A stretch of DNA of 38,378 nt from a virus. Taxonomy: Duplodnaviria > Heunggongvirae > Uroviricota > Caudoviricetes. The notes beneath the pieces were generated by a model. That model worked only from the letters and a program-made list of their open reading frames with translations, was not told the DNA's origin and searched no databases. Position 1 is the first letter of the stretch; the number at the start of each line of letters is the position of its first letter. Where the stretch lies: the IMG/VR virus record IMGVR_UViG_3300049919_000267, positions 1 to 38,378 of that record. One strand, 5' to 3'. This document shows positions 1 to 8,144 of the stretch, one piece after another. The position numbers and the translations under genes are program-made.

Positions 1-162
1 GCTAAAGCATTCTTTAATTATTTTAAAGAGTATGGTTTTGATGACTTTACTCAAAATGATCATGTTCATGATGACTTACCAAGTGAAGAAATACCAGATT
101 GTATTAGCTCTGATGAAGAGCCTATGGAAAATATGGGCTTCTATTTTATACAAATTGAATAA
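1..162 (+). CDS. 3' end of an upstream hypothetical protein (5'-truncated)
   Basis: Frame 1 is open from base 1 to TAA at 160-162 (AKAFFNYFKEYGFDDFTQND...MGFYFIQIE*). It is not in the ORF track because it has no start codon in the window. Confidence 0.6.
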   Translation, partial: AKAFFNYFKEYGFDDFTQNDHVHDDLPSEEIPDCISSDEEPMENMGFYFIQIE

Positions 163-188
163 TATGAGAAAAGAAATATCAAAAATTT

Positions 189-470
189 ATGATGAAAGAA
201 GTGAAGAGAAGACAGAAAATTCTTAAAATAATAAACACATATAAAGAAGTCTCATGTGCAGAAATTCATAAAATTCTCGTATTAGCACAAATGGGAATTG
301 ATTCTAATACTCTTTCTTCTTATCTTCATCAGATGATAAAACAAGGGATATTAAAATATTCTGAACAACAGACTTCAAGAGGGGGACATATTTATATGAT
401 AGCCCCCCAAAAAAGAACATTCTTATTAAATTTTAACATGCAAAAAAATGTCTCAACAAATAATAATTAA
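189..470 (+). CDS. Winged helix-turn-helix DNA-binding protein
   Basis: The pattern RRQKILKII..EVSCAEI..TLSSYLHQMIKQGIL..RGGHIYMI fits three helices plus a beta wing. Confidence 0.6.
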   Translation: MMKEVKRRQKILKIINTYKEVSCAEIHKILVLAQMGIDSNTLSSYLHQMIKQGILKYSEQQTSRGGHIYMIAPQKRTFLLNFNMQKNVSTNNN

Positions 471-963
471 TGTAGGTGTCAGTGGTTCAGGTAAATCTAC
501 TTGGAGTAAAGATTATATTAGAACTCACCCAAGAACTATAAGAATAAACAGAGATGATTTAAGAAAATGTTTAAGAGGAACTTTAGATGATTACTATCAA
601 TCAGAATTTCTTAATAGTAGAGAAGATTTAATTAATAAATTAGAAGAACATGCTCTTGCACAGGCATTACTTAAAGGTTTTGACGTAATTATTGATAATA
701 CTAATCTTAAACCATCATATATTATGAGATGGGTAGATTTTATCAAATATTGGAATGATGATGAAATACCTGAAAATCAGGCTACATTTAATTTTAAAAT
801 ATTTCCTGAATCTCATACGGAGACCCTTAAAAAAAGAATTAATATAAGAGATGCACCACTAGGTTGGGATAAACTTAATTACATTGATAAACAAGTAGCT
901 TCCCTTCCTGAAATTATTAAATATATTAATAAAAATTTTTTAAATCAAATTATACATGAGTAA
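448..963 (+). CDS. Polynucleotide-kinase-like P-loop kinase (AAA_33 / T4 PseT kinase-domain type)
   Basis: Walker A GVSGSGKST, followed by INRDDLR and IIDNTN motifs typical of Pnk kinase domains. Confidence 0.85.
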   Translation: MSQQIIINVGVSGSGKSTWSKDYIRTHPRTIRINRDDLRKCLRGTLDDYYQSEFLNSREDLINKLEEHALAQALLKGFDVIIDNTNLKPSYIMRWVDFIKYWNDDEIPENQATFNFKIFPESHTETLKKRINIRDAPLGWDKLNYIDKQVASLPEIIKYINKNFLNQIIHE

Positions 964-1648
964 TATCTATTTTACATCAGACACACACTATGGTCATACA
1001 AATATAGCAAGTAAAAATAGCTCTAAATGGAAAGAAGGGTTTAGACACTACAAATCTTTAGAAGAGATGAACTATGATCTTGTTAAAGGAATAAACAAAA
1101 CTGTTTTACCCGGAGATACATTATATCATCTTGGAGACTGGAGTTTTGGAGGTATCGAAAATATCTGGAAACTTAGAAAGCAAATTGCTTGCAAAGACAT
1201 TCATCTTATTTTAGGAAATCATGATCATCATATAGAAGAAAATAAAGTACTTCCTAATGTTTTCCAAAATCAAGGACAAATTGCTGAAGGTTCTCCCTCA
1301 AATCCTTTTGAGTTTGTAACAGCTAAAAATCTATTTAGTAGTATTCAGTACTATAAAGAGATAAAAATTAATGGAAAAATGTTTGTTTTATCTCATTATG
1401 CTCATAGAGTTTGGTATGGCAGCCATAAAGGATACTATCATTTATATGGACATTCTCATGATTCTTTAGATATTCAAAAAGGGACAAATAAATTAATAGA
1501 ATACGGTAAATCAATGGATTGTGGGGTTGATTCTGCAATAAGAATATTAAAAGAAGCAAGACCATTTTCCCTTGAAGAAATTACCAGAATTCTGGATAAA
1601 AGATCTGTAGAGTTCCCAGATCATCATAAACCGAGAACAAATACATAA
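956..1648 (+). CDS. Calcineurin-like metallophosphoesterase
   Basis: Metal-binding motifs SDTHYGH, HLGD, GNHD, SHYA and YGHSH. Overlaps the kinase gene by 8 nt. Confidence 0.9.
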   Translation: MSNIYFTSDTHYGHTNIASKNSSKWKEGFRHYKSLEEMNYDLVKGINKTVLPGDTLYHLGDWSFGGIENIWKLRKQIACKDIHLILGNHDHHIEENKVLPNVFQNQGQIAEGSPSNPFEFVTAKNLFSSIQYYKEIKINGKMFVLSHYAHRVWYGSHKGYYHLYGHSHDSLDIQKGTNKLIEYGKSMDCGVDSAIRILKEARPFSLEEITRILDKRSVEFPDHHKPRTNT

Positions 1649-1655
1649 AATTATT

Positions 1656-1895
1656 ATGGCACTTAATTTAAAAAAGATTGAAAGAACAGTATTAAGTTAC
1701 TGTGAAATACCAGAAAAAATAGCAGAAACTTGCTCTGCTATACAAGACACTAGCTGTGATGTTTATGTTGAGTATAGAATTACTCCAGTAAAAGAACAAG
1801 CTGGTTTTGATGATGACTTTACTTTAGACAATTGGTTAGTTAAAGAACATCCTGAGTTAGAAGGAAGAACAATTTTAATTCACATTAATTATTAA
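1656..1895 (+). CDS. Hypothetical protein
   Basis: 79-aa ORF tightly packed between neighbours, with an AT-rich start context. Confidence 0.7.
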   Translation: MALNLKKIERTVLSYCEIPEKIAETCSAIQDTSCDVYVEYRITPVKEQAGFDDDFTLDNWLVKEHPELEGRTILIHINY

Positions 1896-1899
1896 AATT

Positions 1900-2421
1900 A
1901 TGGAACTGAATAAATTTGAAAAACTGGAACATATAATGAATGTTTTTGGTAAAAGAATTCTACCTGGTTTTTTGTTTGCAGTAAATCCTGAGTTATTTTT
2001 AAAATGGCAAGGGAATATCTGCAAACAAGCAGCAGTGTTGGGTTCTTTTATCATTAAACATCATTTACCTGATGATTATGTAAAAGTAGAAGCCTGGGAA
2101 GGTTTCTTTGAACATGAAAAACTAGGAAGTTATAATCATTGTTGGAATTATATAATTCATAAAGATGATCCTAAACTTAATATTATTTGTGATTTTACAT
2201 CAACTATCTCTTATTTTGACTATTGTGAACACAATGATCCTACTTTACATATAACTGGATCTGAAAAATCAGTAGTAAAACATAAAATAGATATGATAGG
2301 ATTACAAGAAATAGATATTGAAGAAGAGTTTAAAGGCCCAGAATATTATACTAAAGAAACAGGAGATGTTATAAAAAGAGAAATCATGGGATTATTACAA
2401 ACAGCTAAACTTTGGGGATAA
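1900..2421 (+). CDS. Transglutaminase-like (Cys-His-Asp) fold protein, putative cysteine protease or acyltransferase
   Basis: GNICKQAA ... YNHCWN ... ICDFT match the order and spacing of the transglutaminase-core motifs C, HxW and DxT. Confidence 0.6.
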   Translation: MELNKFEKLEHIMNVFGKRILPGFLFAVNPELFLKWQGNICKQAAVLGSFIIKHHLPDDYVKVEAWEGFFEHEKLGSYNHCWNYIIHKDDPKLNIICDFTSTISYFDYCEHNDPTLHITGSEKSVVKHKIDMIGLQEIDIEEEFKGPEYYTKETGDVIKREIMGLLQTAKLWG

Positions 2422-2771
2422 TGAGTTTATACATATTAGATGAAAATAATAAAGCAATACCAACTGAGGACGTCAAATTATGGGGAGCTTGGTATGCAGA
2501 AAGTCTTGAAATTAAAAGAAGAGTAGCTGTTGATGACATCAATAATACTAGAATTTCTACTGTATTTTTAGGATTAGATCATGGATTTGGGGAAAATCAT
2601 AAACCACTGTTGTGGGAAACAATGTGTTTTTCTGATAATCAAGACTATAATGACTATCAAATCAGATATGAAACTTATGAAGAAGCAGTACAAGGACATA
2701 AAAATTGTGTTGATTTTGTTACAAAAAACATATCATTGAATGAACGTAAAATTTTAAAACTTAGATTATGA
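2421..2771 (+). CDS. Phage hypothetical protein (STVFLGLDH type)
   Basis: RISTVFLGLDH..PLLWETMCF..RY.TYEEAV.GH is a pattern I recall from phage hypothetical proteins. The ATG at 2421 (TAATG overlap with the upstream stop) is preferred over the TTG at 2412. Confidence 0.7.
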   Translation: MSLYILDENNKAIPTEDVKLWGAWYAESLEIKRRVAVDDINNTRISTVFLGLDHGFGENHKPLLWETMCFSDNQDYNDYQIRYETYEEAVQGHKNCVDFVTKNISLNERKILKLRL

Positions 2772-3523
2772 AAAGATTTGTATTAGGAGATATACATGGG
2801 ATGGATGAATACCTGAAAGAAGTACTTAAAAAATGTAACTTTGATTATGAGAATGATCTCTTGATACAAATTGGAGATATAGTAGATCGTGGGCCACATC
2901 CATTCAAATGTATTGACGAACTTCTAAAAATTAAAAACAAAGTATTAATTATTGGAAATCATGATGCAGCTTTTCTTGATTATGTCTATAGTGGAAAAGA
3001 CAGTTTAGGAACTTCTAATGGGACAGAAATAACATTTCAGGAATGGGCTAAAGTTGAAATTGAAGATCAATTTAAATATCTTAATGATTTCTTTAAACTC
3101 CAAAAATTATATCATATTACCGATGATAATATTATGTTTGTACATGGGGGGTTTCCCAGGGATGAAAAGCTAGAAGAAGTTGTTAATCATGTTTTTTATT
3201 GGGATAGAGAGTTAATTACTCAAGCTATGTCCTGTAAAGGAAAACAAAAGCTTAAAACTCTTTATGACTTTAAAGAAATCTATGTAGGACATACTCCTAC
3301 TATATATTGGGGAAAAACAATTCCTATTTATTCAGGAGGAGTATGGAATATAGACACTGGAGCCGGAAAAAGTGGGCCATTAACTATTATGGATATTGAC
3401 ACACATGAGTACTGGCAATCAGATTTATCTGAAAATGATATAAATTCACTTAAAATCTATGGCATCACTACGAAAGGAGAAAGTCAAAAAAGAAAGACTT
3501 TCCAAAAAAAAGAAAAGAGATGA
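2768..3523 (+). CDS. PPP-family Ser/Thr phosphatase-like metallophosphoesterase (lambda NinI / ApaH-like)
   Basis: GDIHG, GDIVDRG, GNHD, HGG, GHTPT and IDTG motifs. ATGA overlap with the upstream gene. Confidence 0.9.
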   Translation: MKRFVLGDIHGMDEYLKEVLKKCNFDYENDLLIQIGDIVDRGPHPFKCIDELLKIKNKVLIIGNHDAAFLDYVYSGKDSLGTSNGTEITFQEWAKVEIEDQFKYLNDFFKLQKLYHITDDNIMFVHGGFPRDEKLEEVVNHVFYWDRELITQAMSCKGKQKLKTLYDFKEIYVGHTPTIYWGKTIPIYSGGVWNIDTGAGKSGPLTIMDIDTHEYWQSDLSENDINSLKIYGITTKGESQKRKTFQKKEKR

Positions 3524-3641
3524 AATTCTCAAAGAACAAAGAAGAAAAATATCAGAAGCTAAGAATAAAATAAAAGCTGTAAAAAAGACAGCTATTCAAT
3601 TTCTTGAGCTTAATAGATTTAAAATTAGTAAAATAAATTAA
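3459..3641 (+). CDS. Small Lys/Arg-rich hypothetical protein
   Basis: 60-aa basic ORF that fills the gap up to the next gene and overlaps the phosphatase 3' end by 65 nt. Confidence 0.55.
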   Translation: MASLRKEKVKKERLSKKKKRDEILKEQRRKISEAKNKIKAVKKTAIQFLELNRFKISKIN

Positions 3642-3642
3642 T

Positions 3643-4377
3643 ATGTACTTTATTGGAGATACACATGGGGTAAGACCTGTCTTTGTTATTATTGATAAAC
3701 ATAATCTTCAAGGTCAAAATCTTATTCATGTAGGAGATTTTGGTTTGGGTTTTCAGGAAATTTCAAGAGATCTTCATGATCTTAGCGTTTTAGATGAAGC
3801 TTTACTAGAAACTGACAATAAATTATTTGTTGTTAGGGGTAATCATGATAATCCAATTTTTTGGAAAAAATCTGCTGGTCTTAATTTACCTAAATACCAC
3901 AATATCAAACTTGTAGATGATTATACTGTACTTAAAATAGAAGGTAAAAATATCTTATGTGTTGGTGGTGGGATTAGTATAGATAGACAGTTAAGAAAAG
4001 ACGATTCACCTTATCCTACATGGTGGGCTGATGAAGAATTTGTTTATAATAATACTGAAATTGCTAGAGTAGAAAAATTCTACAGTAAAATTGACATTGT
4101 AGTGACACATTCAGCTCCTGGATTTTGCCATCCTACCAGTGATGATGTTCCTATTGTTAATGAGTGGGCAAGAATTGAACAGCATCATGGCAGAAATCTA
4201 AAAACAGAATTAAAAATTGAAAGAACAAACATTACTTCTCTACATGACAGATTAGTAGATAGTGGACTTAAACCAGAAAAGTGGATTTATGGCCATTTTC
4301 ATAGTACTAAAAAACAAGTTATTGCCGGTACTGAGTTTAAGCTCTTGAATATTAATGAACTCTATGAAGTTAACTAA
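3643..4377 (+). CDS. Calcineurin-like metallophosphoesterase (third type in the cluster)
   Basis: GDTHG, GDFG, GNHD, THSAP and YGHFH motifs. Confidence 0.9.
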   Translation: MYFIGDTHGVRPVFVIIDKHNLQGQNLIHVGDFGLGFQEISRDLHDLSVLDEALLETDNKLFVVRGNHDNPIFWKKSAGLNLPKYHNIKLVDDYTVLKIEGKNILCVGGGISIDRQLRKDDSPYPTWWADEEFVYNNTEIARVEKFYSKIDIVVTHSAPGFCHPTSDDVPIVNEWARIEQHHGRNLKTELKIERTNITSLHDRLVDSGLKPEKWIYGHFHSTKKQVIAGTEFKLLNINELYEVN

Positions 4378-4428
4378 TTTGATTAACATTAATTTAGTTA
4401 ACTTTTCTTTTAAAAGTCACAGTTAAAA

Positions 4429-4460
4429 TTTGGACAATAGCAAATAACAAGCTAAATTCG
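4429..4460 (+). promoter_or_regulatory. Bacteroidota sigma70-type promoter for nrdJ
   Basis: TTTG (4429-4432), a 20-nt spacer, then TAAATTCG (4453-4460), a one-base variant of TAnnTTTG. The ATG is at 4487. Confidence 0.6.
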
Positions 4461-4486
4461 CAGTCCTTAAAAAAAATTGATAACTG

Positions 4487-6331
4487 ATGACTAAAGAAAA
4501 AGAAATTTTAAGTTCTTTAATTATATTTTCAAAATATGCAAAATATAGAAAAGATCTAAACAGAAGAGAAACATGGGATGAAATTATTGATAGATATTCA
4601 GACATGTTATGTAGGAAATACCCATCATTAACTAATGAAATTCAGGTTAATGTGAAGTTTATCCGACAAAAGAAGATACTTCCTTCAATGAGAGCTTTAC
4701 AGTTTGCAGGGCCAGCAATGGAGATTAATAATGCTAGAGGATACAACTGTTGCTACCTACCTGTGGATAGTCTCTATGCGTTTAGTGAGACTATGTTCCT
4801 GTTGCTAGGTGGTACTGGGGTAGGTTATTCCGTACAAAAGCATCATGTGGCCCAATTAGGGGCTATTACAAGACCTAAAAAAACCAGAAGATATTTGATC
4901 CAAGACAGTATTATAGGCTGGGCTGATGCTGTTAAAGTATTAATGAAGGCTTATTTACAAGGAAAGAGTCTTCCTATTTTTGATTTTAGTGATATTAGAG
5001 CCAAAGGAACTAGATTAGTTACTGCTGGCGGAAAAGCACCAGGGCCAGAGCCATTAAAAAAATGTCTTTTTGAAATTCAGTTGATTTTAGACAGAAAACA
5101 AGATGGAGAACACCTTTCAACTACTGAATGCCATGATATTATGTGTCATATTGCTAATGCAGTATTAGCTGGAGGTATTAGAAGAGCTGCTATGATTGCT
5201 TTATTCTCTCATGATGATATTGATATGTTAGAATGTAAATATGGTAAATGGTGGGAACTTAATGAGCAAAGAGGGAGAGCTAATAATTCTGCTGTACTTA
5301 AAAGAGGAGAAATATCTGAACAAGAATTTTTTAATCTTTGGAAAAAAATAGAGCTTTCTGGATCTGGAGAACCAGGTTTTTATTGGACAGATGATATTGA
5401 ATGGGGAACTAATCCTTGTTGTGAAGTAGCTTTAAGACCTTTTCAATTTTGCAATCTTTGTGAGATTAATGCAGATAACATTGAAAATCAAGAAGATCTG
5501 AATAAAAGAGCTGAAGTAGCTGCATTTTTTGGGACTCTTCAGGCTGGATTTACAGACTTTCATTACTTAAGACCTATTTGGGAAACAACTACCAAAAAAG
5601 ATGCTCTTGTTGGAGTAGGTATGACTGGTATTGCTTCGGGTAAAGTTTTAACTTTAGATCTTACTGAAGCTGCTAAAATTGTAAAACTTACAAATGCTCA
5701 TTATGCACCTCAAATTGGTATTAATGAAGCTGCAAGAACAACTTTAGTAAAACCATCAGGAACAACTTCTCTTGTATTAGGATCAAGTTCTGGCATTCAT
5801 GCCTGGTATTGGAATTATATCCTTAGAACTGTTAGATTTAATATGAATGAAGATGTTGCAAATTACATGTTAGTTAATCATCCGGAGCTATGTGAAGTTG
5901 ATAAACTCAATTCTAATCTTTTATGTGTGAGAGTCCCTATGAAAGCCCCAGAAGGTGCTATTCTAAGAACAGAATCTCCAATAGAACTTCTTGAAAGAGT
6001 TAAAAAGTTTTCTATTGAATGGATTAAGCCAGGTCATAAAGAAGGAATTAACACTCATAATGTTAGTGCAACTATTTCAATTAAAGAAAAAGAATGGGAA
6101 GAAGTTGGTAATTGGATGTGGAAAAATAAAGATCATTATAATGGACTTAGTGTAATGCCTTATGATGGAGGAACTTATGTTCAAACTCCATTTGAGAATA
6201 TCACTGAAGAAGAATATAATATAAGATTATCTCATCTTATTGACGTAGAACTTTCAAAAGTATCTGAAATTGATGATAATACTGCTTTTACACAAACAGA
6301 AGCTTGTGCAGGTGGAAAATGTGAAATTTAA
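4487..6331 (+). CDS. nrdJ: Class II (adenosylcobalamin-dependent) ribonucleotide reductase, monomeric RTPR-like
   Basis: YNC, TNPCCE (thiyl-radical loop), FCNL, KPSGT and a C-terminal CxxxxC redox tail (CAGGKC). 614 aa with no intein. Confidence 0.92.
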   Translation: MTKEKEILSSLIIFSKYAKYRKDLNRRETWDEIIDRYSDMLCRKYPSLTNEIQVNVKFIRQKKILPSMRALQFAGPAMEINNARGYNCCYLPVDSLYAFSETMFLLLGGTGVGYSVQKHHVAQLGAITRPKKTRRYLIQDSIIGWADAVKVLMKAYLQGKSLPIFDFSDIRAKGTRLVTAGGKAPGPEPLKKCLFEIQLILDRKQDGEHLSTTECHDIMCHIANAVLAGGIRRAAMIALFSHDDIDMLECKYGKWWELNEQRGRANNSAVLKRGEISEQEFFNLWKKIELSGSGEPGFYWTDDIEWGTNPCCEVALRPFQFCNLCEINADNIENQEDLNKRAEVAAFFGTLQAGFTDFHYLRPIWETTTKKDALVGVGMTGIASGKVLTLDLTEAAKIVKLTNAHYAPQIGINEAARTTLVKPSGTTSLVLGSSSGIHAWYWNYILRTVRFNMNEDVANYMLVNHPELCEVDKLNSNLLCVRVPMKAPEGAILRTESPIELLERVKKFSIEWIKPGHKEGINTHNVSATISIKEKEWEEVGNWMWKNKDHYNGLSVMPYDGGTYVQTPFENITEEEYNIRLSHLIDVELSKVSEIDDNTAFTQTEACAGGKCEI

Positions 6332-6338
6332 TAGATAA

Positions 6339-6358
6339 AAATAAAATTAATTTTATTT
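6339..6358. repeat. Perfect 20-bp palindrome AAATAAAATTAATTTTATTT
   Basis: It is its own reverse complement and lies between the nrdJ stop and the recA promoter. Confidence 0.8.
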
Positions 6359-6360
6359 AA

Positions 6361-6398
6361 AAAATGCCCAGAATTATTTGTTTAGTTCTGGGCATTTT
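6361..6398. repeat. 13-bp perfect inverted repeat (hairpin, terminator or operator)
   Basis: AAAATGCCCAGAA (6361-6373) and TTCTGGGCATTTT (6386-6398) with a 12-nt loop. Confidence 0.85.
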
Positions 6399-6407
6399 GT
6401 ATCTTTG
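6377..6407 (+). promoter_or_regulatory. Bacteroidota sigma70-type promoter for recA
   Basis: Consensus TTTG (6377-6380), a 19-nt spacer, then TATCTTTG (6400-6407). The ATG is at 6425. Confidence 0.7.
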
Positions 6408-6424
6408 ATCTCTAAATAACAATT

Positions 6425-7447
6425 ATGGATTTAACAAAAGACGAAAAACAAAAAGCCATTAAACTAATGATGGACAAGACTGACAAAGATTATGGTAAAG
6501 GAAGTGTTATGGCTCTAAAAGAGAAACCTGATTTTGATCCTGAAAACGTAGTATCAACAGGCAGTCTAGGGCTTGATATTGCACTTGGAATAGGTGGATT
6601 ACCCAGAGGAAGAGTAGTTGAAATTTATGGGCCAGAATCTTCAGGTAAAACAACCATTGCTACTCATGTAATGGCAGAAGCACAAAAAAAAGGTGGTTTT
6701 GTAGGTTTTATTGATGCAGAACATGCTTTTGATAAAGAGTATGCTGCTGCGCTTGGAGTTGATGTAGATAGTTTAATTATTTCTCAACCTGATTATGGTG
6801 AACAAGCACTTGAAATTGCTGACAGAATGATTTGTTCTGGGGCTTTTGATGTTGTAGTTGTTGATTCTGTTGCTGCTCTAGTACCTAAAGCAGAATTAGA
6901 TGGGGAAATGGGAGAATCTAAAATGGGACTTCATGCGAGATTAATGTCTCAGGCTTTAAGAAAATTAACTGCTTCAGTTGCAAGAACTAACACTATGTTG
7001 ATTTTTATTAATCAATTAAGAGAAAAAATTGGTGTAATGTTTGGTTCTCCAGAAGTAACAACTGGTGGTAATGCTCTTAAATTTTATGCATCTGTAAGAC
7101 TTGATGTGAGAAGAAGTATAGCTAATGCTAATTTAATTAAAGATAGCCATGATGAAACTGTAGGGCATCCTGTAGTAGTAAAAGTTATTAAAAATAAAGT
7201 AGCACCACCATTTAAAAAAGCTGAATTTGAAATTATTTTTGGGAAAGGAATTAATAGAGAAGGAGAAATTGTAGGAATTGCAGTAGATTTAGGAATTATA
7301 AATAAATCAGGTTCTTGGTTTAGTTATGAAGACAATAAACTTGGACAAGGTAAAGAATCTGTAAATCAATTACTTCAAGATAATCCAGAACTTCAAAAAG
7401 AAATTATGCAAAAAGTTTTAAATAAGATTAGTCAACCTCAAAATTAA
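6425..7447 (+). CDS. recA: Recombinase RecA
   Basis: [12 protein letters not shown], Walker [46 protein letters not shown] and KNKVAPPF. Confidence 0.97.
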   Translation: MDLTKDEKQKAIKLMMDKTDKDYGKGSVMALKEKPDFDPENVVSTGSLGLDIALGIGGLPRGRVVEIYGPESSGKTTIATHVMAEAQKKGGFVGFIDAEHAFDKEYAAALGVDVDSLIISQPDYGEQALEIADRMICSGAFDVVVVDSVAALVPKAELDGEMGESKMGLHARLMSQALRKLTASVARTNTMLIFINQLREKIGVMFGSPEVTTGGNALKFYASVRLDVRRSIANANLIKDSHDETVGHPVVVKVIKNKVAPPFKKAEFEIIFGKGINREGEIVGIAVDLGIINKSGSWFSYEDNKLGQGKESVNQLLQDNPELQKEIMQKVLNKISQPQN

Positions 7448-7457
7448 ATAAATAAAC

Positions 7458-7652
7458 ATGAAGAAAGTAACAGAGACAAAAAAAAGAGATTATATTTATG
7501 TAGAAAAAAACATTTATAAAACAGGGACAAGGTATAGAGTTCGTGTAGCTGGTATAAGTGTTTATGAAAAAACTTTAAATAAAGCTAGAAAATTAAGAAA
7601 AGAACTTAAGAATAATCTTAAAGCTTCAATATCTTCAGGTCGGATATGGTAA
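7458..7652 (+). CDS. Small basic protein, possibly an AP2-like DNA-binding domain
   Basis: KNIYKTGTRYRVRV..Y..TL.KAR..R gives a three-strand plus helix pattern resembling AP2 or integrase arm-binding domains. Confidence 0.45.
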   Translation: MKKVTETKKRDYIYVEKNIYKTGTRYRVRVAGISVYEKTLNKARKLRKELKNNLKASISSGRIW

Positions 7653-8143
7653 CAAAAGTTAAAACTTGCGCAGGATTTGATGGTAAAGAACACCAGGCTT
7701 ATATTTATAAAAATATTGATGGTAAAAAGTATTGTAAATTCTGTGCTTTAAAACTTCAACCACCTAAAGCAATAAAGAAAATGAGTGAAAAAGGTGTTTT
7801 TAAAATGGGTATTAAGAAAGAACTCTTAATAGAAGATAAAAGATTCTACACAGAAATTTGGATTAATAGATTTTTTACAATTACTGAAAATAATACATAT
7901 AAAAGAAAATCACTTCCTCAATGTGAAAATCCTAAATGTAACCAATTTCTTGGTGATGAACCTAACTTAATATACTTTCATCATATTTTAGAAAAAAGAA
8001 ACTATCCAAATTTAAGACATGTATCAGCTAATATAGCTGTTTTATGCCCAGAATGTCATAATATGTATGAAACATTCCCGGATAAAGTCCCGTACCTTGT
8101 GAGAAAAAGAGAAGAATTATTATTAAAATTTAAAAATCAATAA
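7646..8143 (+). CDS. HNH-type endonuclease with Zn-binding Cys motifs
   Basis: C-x4-C ... FHHILEK ... NIAVLCPECH, plus an extra N-terminal Cys cluster (YCKFC). Confidence 0.75.
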   Translation: MVTKVKTCAGFDGKEHQAYIYKNIDGKKYCKFCALKLQPPKAIKKMSEKGVFKMGIKKELLIEDKRFYTEIWINRFFTITENNTYKRKSLPQCENPKCNQFLGDEPNLIYFHHILEKRNYPNLRHVSANIAVLCPECHNMYETFPDKVPYLVRKREELLLKFKNQ

Positions 8144-8144
8144 A

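Noticed and set aside
32-226. 64-aa ORF from the track, and a possible frameshift from its tail (ATG 164) into the wHTH gene
   Set aside because: It overlaps the better frame-1 partial gene and the wHTH gene. The AAATTTA heptamer is out of phase for a -1 shift.
4378-4486. Cobalamin riboswitch upstream of nrdJ
   Set aside because: The region is only 109 nt, AT-rich, lacks B12-box motifs and is occupied by the promoter.
6332-6424. Classical SOS box at recA
   Set aside because: Neither CTG-N10-CAG nor GAAC-N4-GTTC is present.
4487-7447. Inteins or group I introns in nrdJ and recA
   Set aside because: Both have normal lengths and contiguous motifs.
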